This document shows positions 1-8,831 of a stretch of DNA of 30,349 nucleotides, one piece after another. The stretch covers positions 1 through 30,349 of the forward strand of contig CANQOE010000001.1 in NCBI GenBank assembly GCA_947625315.1, given 5' to 3'. Each line of letters opens with the position of its first letter. Position 1 is the stretch's first letter. The DNA is from an uncultured Bacilli bacterium (GTDB taxonomy: Bacteria > Bacillota_I > Bacilli_A > RF39 > UBA660). The position numbers were made by a program, and so were the translations under genes. The notes below the pieces were generated by a model that ran no database searches, was not told the origin of the DNA, and was given only the letters and a program-made list of their open reading frames with translations.

Positions 1-61
1 TGTTTATTTAATTTGATTTTTATGTTTTTACAATTCATAAAATAAAACAAATAATATAAAT

Positions 62-85
62 AAAAAACCCCGTAAAAACGAGGAA
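62..85 (-). terminator. Rho-independent terminator downstream of tRNA-Gly
   Basis: Minus strand reads CCTCGT-TTTT-ACGGGG followed by a U-run, just after the tRNA 3' end. Confidence 0.6.
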
Positions 86-95
86 TTAAACAATT

Positions 96-170
96 TGGAG
101 CAAGTAAGCAGATTCGAACTGCCGTCTCAACCTTGGCAAGGTCGCATACTAACCACTGTACTATACCTGC
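96..170 (-). tRNA. tRNA-Gly (anticodon GCC)
   Basis: Reverse complement folds as a cloverleaf: acceptor stem GCAGGTA/TACTTGC, anticodon arm CGACC-TTGCCAA-GGTTG, T-loop TTCGAAT, encoded CCA end. Confidence 0.97.
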
Positions 171-177
171 ACATATT

Positions 178-206
178 GATAATATCAAAAAGTTGTAAAA
201 AAATCA
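178..206 (-). promoter_or_regulatory. sigma-A promoter for tRNA-Gly
   Basis: TTGATT-17 nt-TATTAT with TG extension on the minus strand, ending 7 nt before the tRNA. Confidence 0.6.
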
Positions 207-215
207 AGCAATAAA

Positions 216-244
216 TTGCAAATTTTTAAATTTTATATTATAAT
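216..244 (+). promoter_or_regulatory. sigma-A promoter for the ltaS-like gene (divergent from tRNA)
   Basis: TTGCAA-17 nt-TATAAT; AGGAAGG SD before ATG 269. Confidence 0.7.
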
Positions 245-268
245 TGTCTATATAGGAAGGTAATTCTC

Positions 269-2350
269 ATGAAGAAAGTTAAAATAGGCTTAAGAAAATT
301 AAGAAGAAACATTATAGAATATATAGCTACGAATAGATTATTTATCTCTTATGTAATATTAAGTATTATTGGTTTAGTTTTGCTTCGAGGTTTAACTGTT
401 AATAATGCTAACAATTTGGCTACTTTTATTTCCGATTTAGCTTTTGTTTTATTATTCGGAGCTTTTGGGTATATAGTTAAACCGAAAAATAGATTTCGTT
501 ATTTACTTATTGTTTTGATTGTCTTTACTTTAATGGAAGTAATCAATTCTATTTATTATACCTTTTATTATAACTTTGCTTCTTTTGGAGAACTTACCGC
601 GGTAGGGCAAACAGAAGCTGTAACCGAAACTATTTTAGATAAATTAAATGTTTTACATATTATTTATATAATTTTTCCAATTATCTTTTACTTTGTTCAT
701 ATTAAATTAAATAATTCTAGTTATTATGATTTTATAAGTGCTGTAGAAAAAGGCAAAAAGATGTGTATGCAAACATTACTTGTTGGTTGTATATTACTTG
801 CTTATACTTTAGTGATGGCCAGTGGAACCGATTATTCGCGCCTTACTAAGCAGTGGAATAGAGTATACATAGTCAACCGTTTTGGCATAGTGCTCTATCA
901 ATGTAATGATTTAATTCAAACTTTAACACCTAAAATTAGTGCTTTATTTGGTTATGAAGAAGCTCAACAATTATTTATTAAATATTTTACTTCTCCAGAA
1001 AGAGATGAATATCAACAAAAAAATAAATATACCAATATATTAGAAGGAAAAAATATTATCTTTGTCCATATGGAAGGTATGGAAACTTTCTTAATGGATT
1101 TAAAATTTAATAATAAAGAAATTGTTCCAAATCTTAATAAGTTAGCTAATGAAGGGATGTTTTTTAGTAATTTTTATCCTCAAGTAAGTTCGGGAACAAG
1201 TAGTGATACGGAGTTTACATTACTTACAAGTTTAATGCCCGCGGCTAGTGGAATAGTTTTTACTAGTTATGGAGATAGAGATTATGTAACTTTAGCTAAA
1301 TTATTAAAAGCTAAAGGCTATTATACATTTAGTATGCATGGTAATTATTCTTCAATGTGGAATAGATATAATGTGCATCCAAATTTAGGTTATCAAGATA
1401 TGTATTTTGAAGATAAATTTACGTATAATCGCGATAAGTGTGATGATAAAAATGATGCTACGAATTTAGAATGTATTAATTTAGGAATATCAGATAAATT
1501 ATTCTTTAAAGAAGCAATGCCAATGTTAGAAAAAATTGAACAAGATAATAAAAATTATATGGGGACAGTTATTACGCTTTCTAATCATGCGGCTTTTGAA
1601 TATTTAAATAAATATGGGGAATTTGATTTATCAACAACTTATCAAGATTGTACTAGTGGTTCATGTGAAAGTGTAACAACTAATTATTTACAAAATTCCG
1701 AAGTAGGGCATTATATGTTAAGTGCGCATTATGCTGATGAAGCTCTAGGAGAATTTTTAGGATATATAAAAGATTCTGATTATTTTAACGATACGGTATT
1801 TGTCTTTTATGGTGATCATGATGTTAAATTAAGTCGTTCCGAAAAAAATTATTTATATAATTATGATTATAAAACGGGAGAAGTTAAAGAAGAAGATGAC
1901 CCTACATATCAAGAATATGATTATTATGACCATGAATTAAATAAAAAGACACCTTTAATTATTTGGACAAAAAATAAAGAACTTAAAAAAACATTTAAAG
2001 GGGAAGTAAATTATGTAATGGGTATGTATGATGTTTTACCAACTTTAGGCAATATGTTAAATATTCATAATGAATATGCTTTAGGTCATGATGTATTTAA
2101 TATTAAAAATGATAATTATGTAATATTTCCTAATGGTAATATTTTAACTAATTTAATTTATTATAATAATTCTTCGGGACAATATAAAGTCTTAAAAGAT
2201 GGAGCAGAAATAGCTAGTGATTATATTCCGAATTTAACTCAAAAAAGTGAAGCTTTACTAGAAGTTTCTAATGCTATAGTTGTTCATGATTTGATTAAAG
2301 AAGCAGGAGATACATTACAAGCAATAAAAGGAAATGGGGTAAATGACTAA
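269..2350 (+). CDS. ltaS: LTA synthase family (LtaS-like) phosphoglycerol transferase/sulfatase
   Basis: About five N-terminal TM segments, then a sulfatase-like domain with motifs VHMEG, QVSSGTSSDTEF, TLSNH, YADEALG, YGDH. Confidence 0.85.
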   Translation: MKKVKIGLRKLRRNIIEYIATNRLFISYVILSIIGLVLLRGLTVNNANNLATFISDLAFVLLFGAFGYIVKPKNRFRYLLIVLIVFTLMEVINSIYYTFYYNFASFGELTAVGQTEAVTETILDKLNVLHIIYIIFPIIFYFVHIKLNNSSYYDFISAVEKGKKMCMQTLLVGCILLAYTLVMASGTDYSRLTKQWNRVYIVNRFGIVLYQCNDLIQTLTPKISALFGYEEAQQLFIKYFTSPERDEYQQKNKYTNILEGKNIIFVHMEGMETFLMDLKFNNKEIVPNLNKLANEGMFFSNFYPQVSSGTSSDTEFTLLTSLMPAASGIVFTSYGDRDYVTLAKLLKAKGYYTFSMHGNYSSMWNRYNVHPNLGYQDMYFEDKFTYNRDKCDDKNDATNLECINLGISDKLFFKEAMPMLEKIEQDNKNYMGTVITLSNHAAFEYLNKYGEFDLSTTYQDCTSGSCESVTTNYLQNSEVGHYMLSAHYADEALGEFLGYIKDSDYFNDTVFVFYGDHDVKLSRSEKNYLYNYDYKTGEVKEEDDPTYQEYDYYDHELNKKTPLIIWTKNKELKKTFKGEVNYVMGMYDVLPTLGNMLNIHNEYALGHDVFNIKNDNYVIFPNGNILTNLIYYNNSSGQYKVLKDGAEIASDYIPNLTQKSEALLEVSNAIVVHDLIKEAGDTLQAIKGNGVND

Positions 2351-2982
2351 TGCGAAAAAGATATAAATTTTTTATGACTATAATTATAATATTATTAGCA
2401 AGTTGTGCCTTATTAGGACTTTTAAGTGTTTTTAATAATAAAAAACCTAAGGAAGCTACACCAAGTGTAGTTATTAATAATATTGAAGAATTTGGTTATA
2501 ATTTAGAAGATAGAGATACTAAATATATGCAAGAAATATTTAGAGAATTGCAAGATATTTTAAAAAATGAAGAAATAGATTATCAAGAATATGCCCAAAT
2601 TTTAACTAAATTATTTATAACGGATTTTTATACTTTAAATAATAAAGTTAATAAGTATGATATAGGGGGAGAAGAATATATATTAAGTAGCAGTAAAGAA
2701 AGTTTTAGATTAAAAGCAATGGATACAATATATAAAGACATTATTGATAATACTTATAAGGATAGACGGCAAGATTTACCAGAAGTTTCTAATGTGGAAA
2801 TTAAAAATATTGAAGAAACAACTTTAAAAGTAGATAAAGAAGAAATAAATGTCTATAAAGTAGAAGTTAATATTGATTATCAAGAAGATTTGGGATATGA
2901 TAATAAAGGAACTATTTATTTAACTAAAGTTGATAAAAAATTAGAAATAGTGAGGTTTGAACCAACAATAGAAGAGGAGTAA
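2350..2982 (+). CDS. Hypothetical membrane-anchored protein
   Basis: 210-aa ORF, start overlaps the ltaS stop (TAATG), N-terminal basic residues plus a hydrophobic anchor. Confidence 0.75.
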   Translation: MRKRYKFFMTIIIILLASCALLGLLSVFNNKKPKEATPSVVINNIEEFGYNLEDRDTKYMQEIFRELQDILKNEEIDYQEYAQILTKLFITDFYTLNNKVNKYDIGGEEYILSSSKESFRLKAMDTIYKDIIDNTYKDRRQDLPEVSNVEIKNIEETTLKVDKEEINVYKVEVNIDYQEDLGYDNKGTIYLTKVDKKLEIVRFEPTIEEE

Positions 2983-2986
2983 AAAA

Positions 2987-3460
2987 ATGCGAAGTTTTGA
3001 TAGTGTAGATATATTTTTCATAATTATTATATGTTTATATTTTATTGTATTAGGTTTATTAATTTTTGGGTTATTTTTTAATAAAACTAAAAATAAAATA
3101 AATGAATATAAAGCTGATAAAAAGAAGGTTTCAAAAGTAGTTATTAAAAATAGCGAAAGTAAAAACAATGGTTCTCAAATAGTTTCTAAAAAAGATGAAA
3201 GTAATAAAAATAAGAAGGAAATATTACAAAAAGAAACCGAATTATTAAAAGCTTATAAAGATTTAAAACAAAAAGAAAATATTAAAAAAGAAGAAGAAAA
3301 GAAAAATACTTCTAAACCTAATATTAAGAAAAAGAGTAATAATACTTCTAATAAGAAAAAGACTAGCACGAGCAAAACTACGTCAAATAAGAAAAAAACT
3401 AATTCTAAAAAGCGAAAAACTAGTAGTAACAAAAAGAAAGGAAACTCTAAAAAAAGATAG
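2987..3460 (+). CDS. Hypothetical protein: N-terminal TM helix plus Lys/Ser/Thr/Asn-rich polybasic tail
   Basis: GAGGAG SD; hydrophobic residues ~9-31; tail with repeated (T/S)SNKKK. Confidence 0.7.
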   Translation: MRSFDSVDIFFIIIICLYFIVLGLLIFGLFFNKTKNKINEYKADKKKVSKVVIKNSESKNNGSQIVSKKDESNKNKKEILQKETELLKAYKDLKQKENIKKEEEKKNTSKPNIKKKSNNTSNKKKTSTSKTTSNKKKTNSKKRKTSSNKKKGNSKKR

Positions 3461-3487
3461 TTTCTTTTTTTATGGGCTTTAGTTTAG

Positions 3488-3514
3488 ACTAAAATAAATG
3501 ATGAACATAATATA
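3488..3514 (+). promoter_or_regulatory. Candidate mother-cell sporulation promoter (sigma-K/E type) for cotJ
   Basis: AC-16 nt-CATAATATA resembles the sigma-K consensus AC-N16/17-CATAnnnTA; upstream of coat genes. Confidence 0.4.
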
Positions 3515-3532
3515 CTTTAGGAGGTTTTTAAA

Positions 3533-3967
3533 GTGTTATTTGAAACAAATGGAATGGATGAAAATATTTCTTTATTTATAAGTGATATTTTTGGTCGCGA
3601 AAATAAAGATATTTTAAGTCCTAAAGAAGGCTTTTTAAGAGGAAATATGTTTGCTAGTGAATATAAACCTTATAAGAATTTAACTTATTTACCCCTTAAA
3701 GCTAAAAGCGAAAGAGAAGAAATGTTATATGAGATTATGGCTTTAGATTTTGCAATTAATGATTTAAATTTATATTTAGATTTACATCCTGATAATAAAG
3801 AAGTATTTGCAATGTTTAAAGGTTACGTTGAAGAACATAAAAAACAAGTCAAAGAATATTCCAAAATTTATGGACCTTTAACTTTAAATAAAACTGTTGG
3901 TTCAAAATTTAATTGGATTGATTCTCCTTGGCCTTGGGATAATTTAGGAGGTAGTATGTATGTTTAA
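3533..3967 (+). CDS. cotJB: Spore coat protein CotJB with an N-terminal CotJA-like segment
   Basis: GTG start with AGGAGG SD; CotJB motifs DLNLYLDLHP, YGPLT, WIDSPWPW; directly upstream of cotJC. Confidence 0.85.
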   Translation: MLFETNGMDENISLFISDIFGRENKDILSPKEGFLRGNMFASEYKPYKNLTYLPLKAKSEREEMLYEIMALDFAINDLNLYLDLHPDNKEVFAMFKGYVEEHKKQVKEYSKIYGPLTLNKTVGSKFNWIDSPWPWDNLGGSMYV

Positions 3968-4517
3968 ATATGTCAAACACACTAATTTTCCTGTAAATAT
4001 TCGCAAAAAAGATTTAAGAATGGCTAAATATTTAGTTACTCAATTTGGAGGTTCAAATGGGGAATTAGCCGCGGCTTTACGTTATTTTTCGCAAAAGTTT
4101 AATATGCCTGATGATTATGGAAAAGCGCTACTTAATGATATAGCTACAGAAGAATTAGGACATTGTGAAATGATTGCGACGATGGTTCATCAATTAACGA
4201 AAGATGCAACTAAAAAAGAAATGGAAGAAGCTGGACTTGGTTCGCATTATGCAGAACATGGAAAAGGTGTATATCCAACAGATGCGAATGGTGTACCATT
4301 TACTGTTACTTATTTTGCTGTTACGGGTGATGTTTTAGCAGATATTTCTGAAGATATGGCAGCCGAACAAAAAGCAAGAGCAGTTTATGAAAATTTAATT
4401 GATTTAACTGAAGATGAAGATGTTTTAAGAGTATTATTATTTTTAAGACAAAGAGAAGTAGTCCATTTTAATCGTTTTAAAGAATTGTATGAATATTATC
4501 AAAAGAAAGGTTATTAA
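3960..4517 (+). CDS. cotJC: Manganese catalase family spore coat protein CotJC
   Basis: QFGGSNGELAAALRY, DIATEELGH, EDMAAEQKAR, REVVHFNRF; coupled to cotJB. Confidence 0.9.
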   Translation: MFKYVKHTNFPVNIRKKDLRMAKYLVTQFGGSNGELAAALRYFSQKFNMPDDYGKALLNDIATEELGHCEMIATMVHQLTKDATKKEMEEAGLGSHYAEHGKGVYPTDANGVPFTVTYFAVTGDVLADISEDMAAEQKARAVYENLIDLTEDEDVLRVLLFLRQREVVHFNRFKELYEYYQKKGY

Positions 4518-4537
4518 GAGGCATTGCCTCTTTTTTA
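4516..4537 (+). terminator. Rho-independent terminator after cotJC
   Basis: AAGAGGC-ATT-GCCTCTT followed by a T-run. Confidence 0.75.
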
Positions 4538-4538
4538 C

Positions 4539-4567
4539 TTTACAAAATTTTTAATCTTTAGTATAAT
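4539..4567 (+). promoter_or_regulatory. sigma-A promoter for thiI
   Basis: TTTACA-17 nt-TATAAT. Confidence 0.65.
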
Positions 4568-4573
4568 TGGTTT

Positions 4574-5761
4574 GTGATGTTTATGAAACAAGTTATTATA
4601 ATTAAATATGGGGAATTATCAACAAAAAAAGATAATATAAACTTTTTTTTAAAACAATTAAAAGATAATATTGTTAAAGTATTAGATGAGAATAGTCAAA
4701 TAGATTATGATAAGGGTAGAATGTTAATCTATACTTTAAATATTGAAGATACACTAAAAAAACTTCAAAAAGTATTTGGAATACACGAAATTAATGTTGG
4801 TTATGTAATAGATAGTTTAGATTTTGAAGAAATCTTTAAAAAAGTGTTAGATTTATTAAAAGAAAAAGAATTTAAAACTTTTAAAGTAGAAAGTAAAAGA
4901 AGTAATAAAAAAATTGAAAAAACTAGTGTTGAATTAAGTAGAAGTTTGGGAGCTTTTATTTTAAAAAATCTAAAAGATATAAAAGTAGATGTGCATAATC
5001 CGGATTTAATGATTAATGTTGAATATCGGCTAAATAATACCATTGTTTATTTTGAAAAAGTTAAAGGATTAGGAGGATATCCCGTTGGTACTTTAGGTAA
5101 AGGTTTACTTATGTTAAGTGGAGGAATTGATTCGCCTGTAGCCGGGTTCTTAACGATTAAAAGAGGCGTAAAGTTAGAAGCTATATATTTTGAAAGTCCA
5201 CCTCATACAAGTGAAAATGCGAAAGATAAAGTAAAAGAATTAGCTAAAAAATTAAGTGTTTATAATAATGATATTGTCCTTCATGTTATTAATTTTACGA
5301 AAATTCAAGAAGCAATATATAAAAATATTAATCATGAATATTTAATTACAATTATGCGACGAATGATGTATCGCATTAGTGCTATCGTGGCTAGTCGCCG
5401 AAATTGTCGAATTTTAGTTAATGGGGAATCTATTGGGCAAGTAGCTAGTCAAACTCTAAGTAGTATGGCCTCAATAAATGAAGTTGTAAGAATGCCGGTT
5501 ATTAGACCTTTAGCGTGTTTTGATAAATTAGATATTATTGAGATAGCTAAAAAAATTGATACTTATAATACTTCTATTTTACCATATGAAGATTGTTGTA
5601 CGATATTTGTTCCCAAACATCCAGTGATTAATCCTAGCACGCAAAAATGTCAAGAATATGAAAAGTTAATAAACTGGGAAGATTTAATTTATGAAGCAGT
5701 TAAAAATGCCGAAGTTATTAAAATAAGTAATAATACTAAAGAATATAATGATTTATTATAA
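4574..5761 (+). CDS. thiI: tRNA 4-thiouridine(8) synthase ThiI (start uncertain: 4574, 4577 or 4583)
   Basis: IKYGEL N-terminus, THUMP domain (TFKVESKRS), PP-loop LSGGIDSPVA, GESIGQVASQT, EDCC. Confidence 0.93.
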   Translation: MMFMKQVIIIKYGELSTKKDNINFFLKQLKDNIVKVLDENSQIDYDKGRMLIYTLNIEDTLKKLQKVFGIHEINVGYVIDSLDFEEIFKKVLDLLKEKEFKTFKVESKRSNKKIEKTSVELSRSLGAFILKNLKDIKVDVHNPDLMINVEYRLNNTIVYFEKVKGLGGYPVGTLGKGLLMLSGGIDSPVAGFLTIKRGVKLEAIYFESPPHTSENAKDKVKELAKKLSVYNNDIVLHVINFTKIQEAIYKNINHEYLITIMRRMMYRISAIVASRRNCRILVNGESIGQVASQTLSSMASINEVVRMPVIRPLACFDKLDIIEIAKKIDTYNTSILPYEDCCTIFVPKHPVINPSTQKCQEYEKLINWEDLIYEAVKNAEVIKISNNTKEYNDLL

Positions 5762-7195
5762 ATTGTAAATATCTAAATATTTTTTATATTTTTTAATTAA
5801 TTCCTTAATGAATATTGAGGGATTTTTTTTAGCAACTAGTAAATAACATTTATTTTTAGTACGTGTTAAAGCTACATAGAATAGGCGACGTTCTTCTTCA
5901 TAGGGATATATATCTTTTTTAATAATATATTTTAAAATATGTTCATCTTTAATTTTAGAGGGAAGAGAATTTTGTTCATTTGTTAAATTGATAATTAAAA
6001 TATTATCTTCTTCTAAACCTTTTGATTTATGAATAGTTTTAAAATATATATGGTAATTTTTATATTTAAGAGAATTATTATGTACTTCTTGATGCGAAAT
6101 ATAATCATAGATATCATTATTATTGCGAGCTAAAATCATAAGGTTTGGTTCATTAATCATCTCTAATGCTTTAAAAAGCGCGGTATGTATATTTTGATAG
6201 TAAAGAATTGTTAAGGGTTTTTTTATATTTTTTGAGGAAGTTAAAGTCTTTTTTATTTGGCGAGGATTAGCCATGATGAAAGAACCAGCAATATTTATTA
6301 ATTCTTGACTATTGCGATAAGTGTTGGTTAAATATAGAGTTTGGGCAGGTTTAAAGTTTTGAGAAAAATCTAAAAAACTACTTAAATCACAACCTGAAAA
6401 ACGATAAATGGATTGAAAATCATCACCTACAACAGTCAAATATGCATGGGTTTTATGAATTATTTCTTTAACTAAATTTTCTCTTACAGGAGATGTGTCT
6501 TGATATTCATCAATAATAATATATTTATACTTATGGTTAATTCCTTTATTTTTAACTAAGGAAGTAGCTAGATAAATCATATCATCAAAATCAATAATAT
6601 TTTGGGATTTTTTTTCTAAAAGATACATTTCATAAATTTTTTTAATTATTAAAAGATGAGGTATATCTTTTTTAGAAGCTTTATTTATTAACTTATTAAA
6701 ATAAGATTGGTCATAATAAGTTGATATGTATAATCTAATAAAACGCGCAATAGTTTTTTTATAATTTTTAAAGTTAAGGTTTGTTAAATAATTTTTGGTT
6801 AAAAAATATTTTTGAAAATAAAAAGAGGGAGGTAGGGCCGAAAATATTTCTTCGATTAGATAGTCGAGTAAATCAGCTTCGGCAATATGATAAGAGATAT
6901 GATGGGATTTAATTATTTCTAAAGCTAATTTATGAAAAGTATAAACTTTATTGGGTTGGTTTAATTCGGTTTTGATTTTATTTTCTAAACTATTCGCGGC
7001 ATCATTAGTGAAAGTAATACATAAGATATCTTCTAATTTAATATTTTTAACCGTAACTAAATATTTAATTTTACCGACCATAGTTAAACTTTTACCCGAA
7101 CCAGCCCCGGCTACAATAATGGAATTAGTATTCGTGGTCATCGCGGCTTTTGTTTGTTCTTTATCAAGTGTGTGGCCTAAAACTTCTAGTTGCAT
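5756..7195 (-). CDS. UvrD/Rep-family SF1 helicase (short, helicase IV-like)
   Basis: Motifs AGAGSGKS, ITFTNDAA, IDEYQD, VGDDFQSIYRF, YRN, TIHKSKGLE, EERRLFYVALTR. Confidence 0.9.
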   Translation of the reverse strand: MQLEVLGHTLDKEQTKAAMTTNTNSIIVAGAGSGKSLTMVGKIKYLVTVKNIKLEDILCITFTNDAANSLENKIKTELNQPNKVYTFHKLALEIIKSHHISYHIAEADLLDYLIEEIFSALPPSFYFQKYFLTKNYLTNLNFKNYKKTIARFIRLYISTYYDQSYFNKLINKASKKDIPHLLIIKKIYEMYLLEKKSQNIIDFDDMIYLATSLVKNKGINHKYKYIIIDEYQDTSPVRENLVKEIIHKTHAYLTVVGDDFQSIYRFSGCDLSSFLDFSQNFKPAQTLYLTNTYRNSQELINIAGSFIMANPRQIKKTLTSSKNIKKPLTILYYQNIHTALFKALEMINEPNLMILARNNNDIYDYISHQEVHNNSLKYKNYHIYFKTIHKSKGLEEDNILIINLTNEQNSLPSKIKDEHILKYIIKKDIYPYEEERRLFYVALTRTKNKCYLLVAKKNPSIFIKELIKKYKKYLDIYNL

Positions 7196-7264
7196 AAAAC
7201 CTCCTGTATAGCTTTATTGTATCTTAAAAAAGGGAATAATGCAAGGAAAAGTTTAGATAGTTAC

Positions 7265-7293
7265 TTGTAAAATAAATTTCTGTATGATAAAAT
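7265..7293 (+). promoter_or_regulatory. sigma-A promoter for orphan ORF 7326
   Basis: TTGTAA-17 nt-TAAAAT with TG extension; AAGGAG SD downstream. Confidence 0.55.
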
Positions 7294-7325
7294 AGAAATG
7301 TTTTTATAAAAAAGGAGATAGCAAT

Positions 7326-7886
7326 ATGATAAGAGAGCTAATGCGAATTAATGAAAATGAAGTAGTAGCTACTGATATAGATGGTTATATGGATATATCT
7401 AAATATAATAATTTTATTGAAGATGAATGCAATTTAGAAAATGAATTAGAAATATTAGATGATATGTTAAATGCTAATTTAAATGATATAGTAGAAAAGA
7501 ATGATTTAAAAGGATTTTTAAAATTATATAAAAAACAAAGAATAGCTTTTTCATTTATTTATTTTGGCTTGTATTTATTCCTATTTAAAATAGAAGCTTT
7601 GTTATTTTTTATTGTTTCTTTAATATTATTGGGTTATGTTGTTAAAAAAAGTAATAATTTAGAGCATGAAGTAAATGGTTTAAAAAGTCAAAATCAATTA
7701 ATTAACGATATGATTGAAAAAATCTCTTTAAATTTAGATAAAAAAGAAAATACTCATACTTTAGAAATTAATCAATTAATTACTTTAAAAACAGAATTGA
7801 GTGAAGAAAAGCAGCGAAGATTAGAAGAAAGTTATACTAATGGTTATAATAAATCTTTAAAATTAAGAAAGTCTAAAAAAAATTAG
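7326..7886 (+). CDS. Hypothetical protein with a central two-helix hydrophobic segment flanked by coiled-coil-like regions
   Basis: 186-aa ORF with AAGGAG SD and its own promoter. Confidence 0.75.
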   Translation: MIRELMRINENEVVATDIDGYMDISKYNNFIEDECNLENELEILDDMLNANLNDIVEKNDLKGFLKLYKKQRIAFSFIYFGLYLFLFKIEALLFFIVSLILLGYVVKKSNNLEHEVNGLKSQNQLINDMIEKISLNLDKKENTHTLEINQLITLKTELSEEKQRRLEESYTNGYNKSLKLRKSKKN

Positions 7887-7935
7887 GCTTTTTTAATTTT
7901 TTGGAATACTTTATAGTGAAAAGAGGTTTTAAGAA

Positions 7936-8787
7936 TTGCTTAATAAAAATATTGATGAATTTTTAGAATTACTTAAAAATGTCCAACTATTAGAAAAAGA
8001 ATATGGAAGTTCCATAATTAGAGATACTTTAGATTTTTTAGAAGGAATTCAAAATAATAAACTTAAAGATATTAAAAAGAGTTATTTAATATTTGATTTA
8101 TTTAAGAATTTAAAAATTGTTAAAATAGATGAAGTAAGAAAATTATTATTAAAGTTAGAAAATATTTATGCTTTTGATAATATTATAGATAATTTAAAAA
8201 TACTAAAAGAAAGAACGGGAATTGAAAATGTTTGTTTAAATTTAGAAAATAAAAATATCCAAATCGAATGTTTAATTAACCATAATATTATTAATAGAGT
8301 TTATCCGAAAGATAGAGTTTTAATAAGAATGGATTATGAATTAGATAATAGTTATATTATAGAAGTAATGGGTGATAAACCTTTTATTTATGATTCAGTT
8401 AATTTAAAAAATAATAAACACCAAAGAACTTTATGTATAAATGATTTTAATATAAATTATGAAGTTTTTCCAGAAAAAAAAGATTTAGATTTAATAAATA
8501 TTAGATTAGAAAGAGATTTAATATTTAAAGCTATATTAGAAGATTTACCAGAAAATATAACAAAAGATTTTTTAATCGAGGATATAGAAGATAATCTAGA
8601 TACAACTATTTATAAAGTAAATAATTATTATACTATAAAAAGTGATGGTTTAAATTATTATTTTAGATATCATATAGTTAATGAAAAATTAAAAGATATA
8701 AAAGGAGTTATTACTCAAGATTATTTTAATTATCTTAAAAGTAATAGAGAAATAGGCCTTGTTTTAAAAAAGAATTTAGTTGATTAA
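7936..8787 (+). CDS. Hypothetical protein
   Basis: 283-aa ORF, TTG start with AGAGG SD; no family recognised. Confidence 0.7.
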   Translation: MLNKNIDEFLELLKNVQLLEKEYGSSIIRDTLDFLEGIQNNKLKDIKKSYLIFDLFKNLKIVKIDEVRKLLLKLENIYAFDNIIDNLKILKERTGIENVCLNLENKNIQIECLINHNIINRVYPKDRVLIRMDYELDNSYIIEVMGDKPFIYDSVNLKNNKHQRTLCINDFNINYEVFPEKKDLDLINIRLERDLIFKAILEDLPENITKDFLIEDIEDNLDTTIYKVNNYYTIKSDGLNYYFRYHIVNEKLKDIKGVITQDYFNYLKSNREIGLVLKKNLVD

Positions 8788-8808
8788 ATGGGGAAAATAT
8801 ATTATAAT
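8780..8808 (+). promoter_or_regulatory. sigma-A promoter for the engB-rpmF gene run
   Basis: TTGATT-17 nt-TATAAT. Confidence 0.65.
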
Positions 8809-8831
8809 ATAGGTGTGAGGCGATAATAAAA

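Noticed and set aside
1-95. Integrated element at the tRNA-Gly 3' end
   Set aside because: Only ~95 nt are visible, showing a terminator and AT-rich DNA; no integrase or duplicated tRNA 3' end in the window
2941-3168. Minus-strand 75-aa ORF
   Set aside because: Antisense shadow of a Lys-rich gene
4801-5043. Minus-strand 80-aa ORF
   Set aside because: Shadow inside thiI
6951-7211. Plus-strand 86-aa ORF
   Set aside because: Shadow opposite the helicase motif I region
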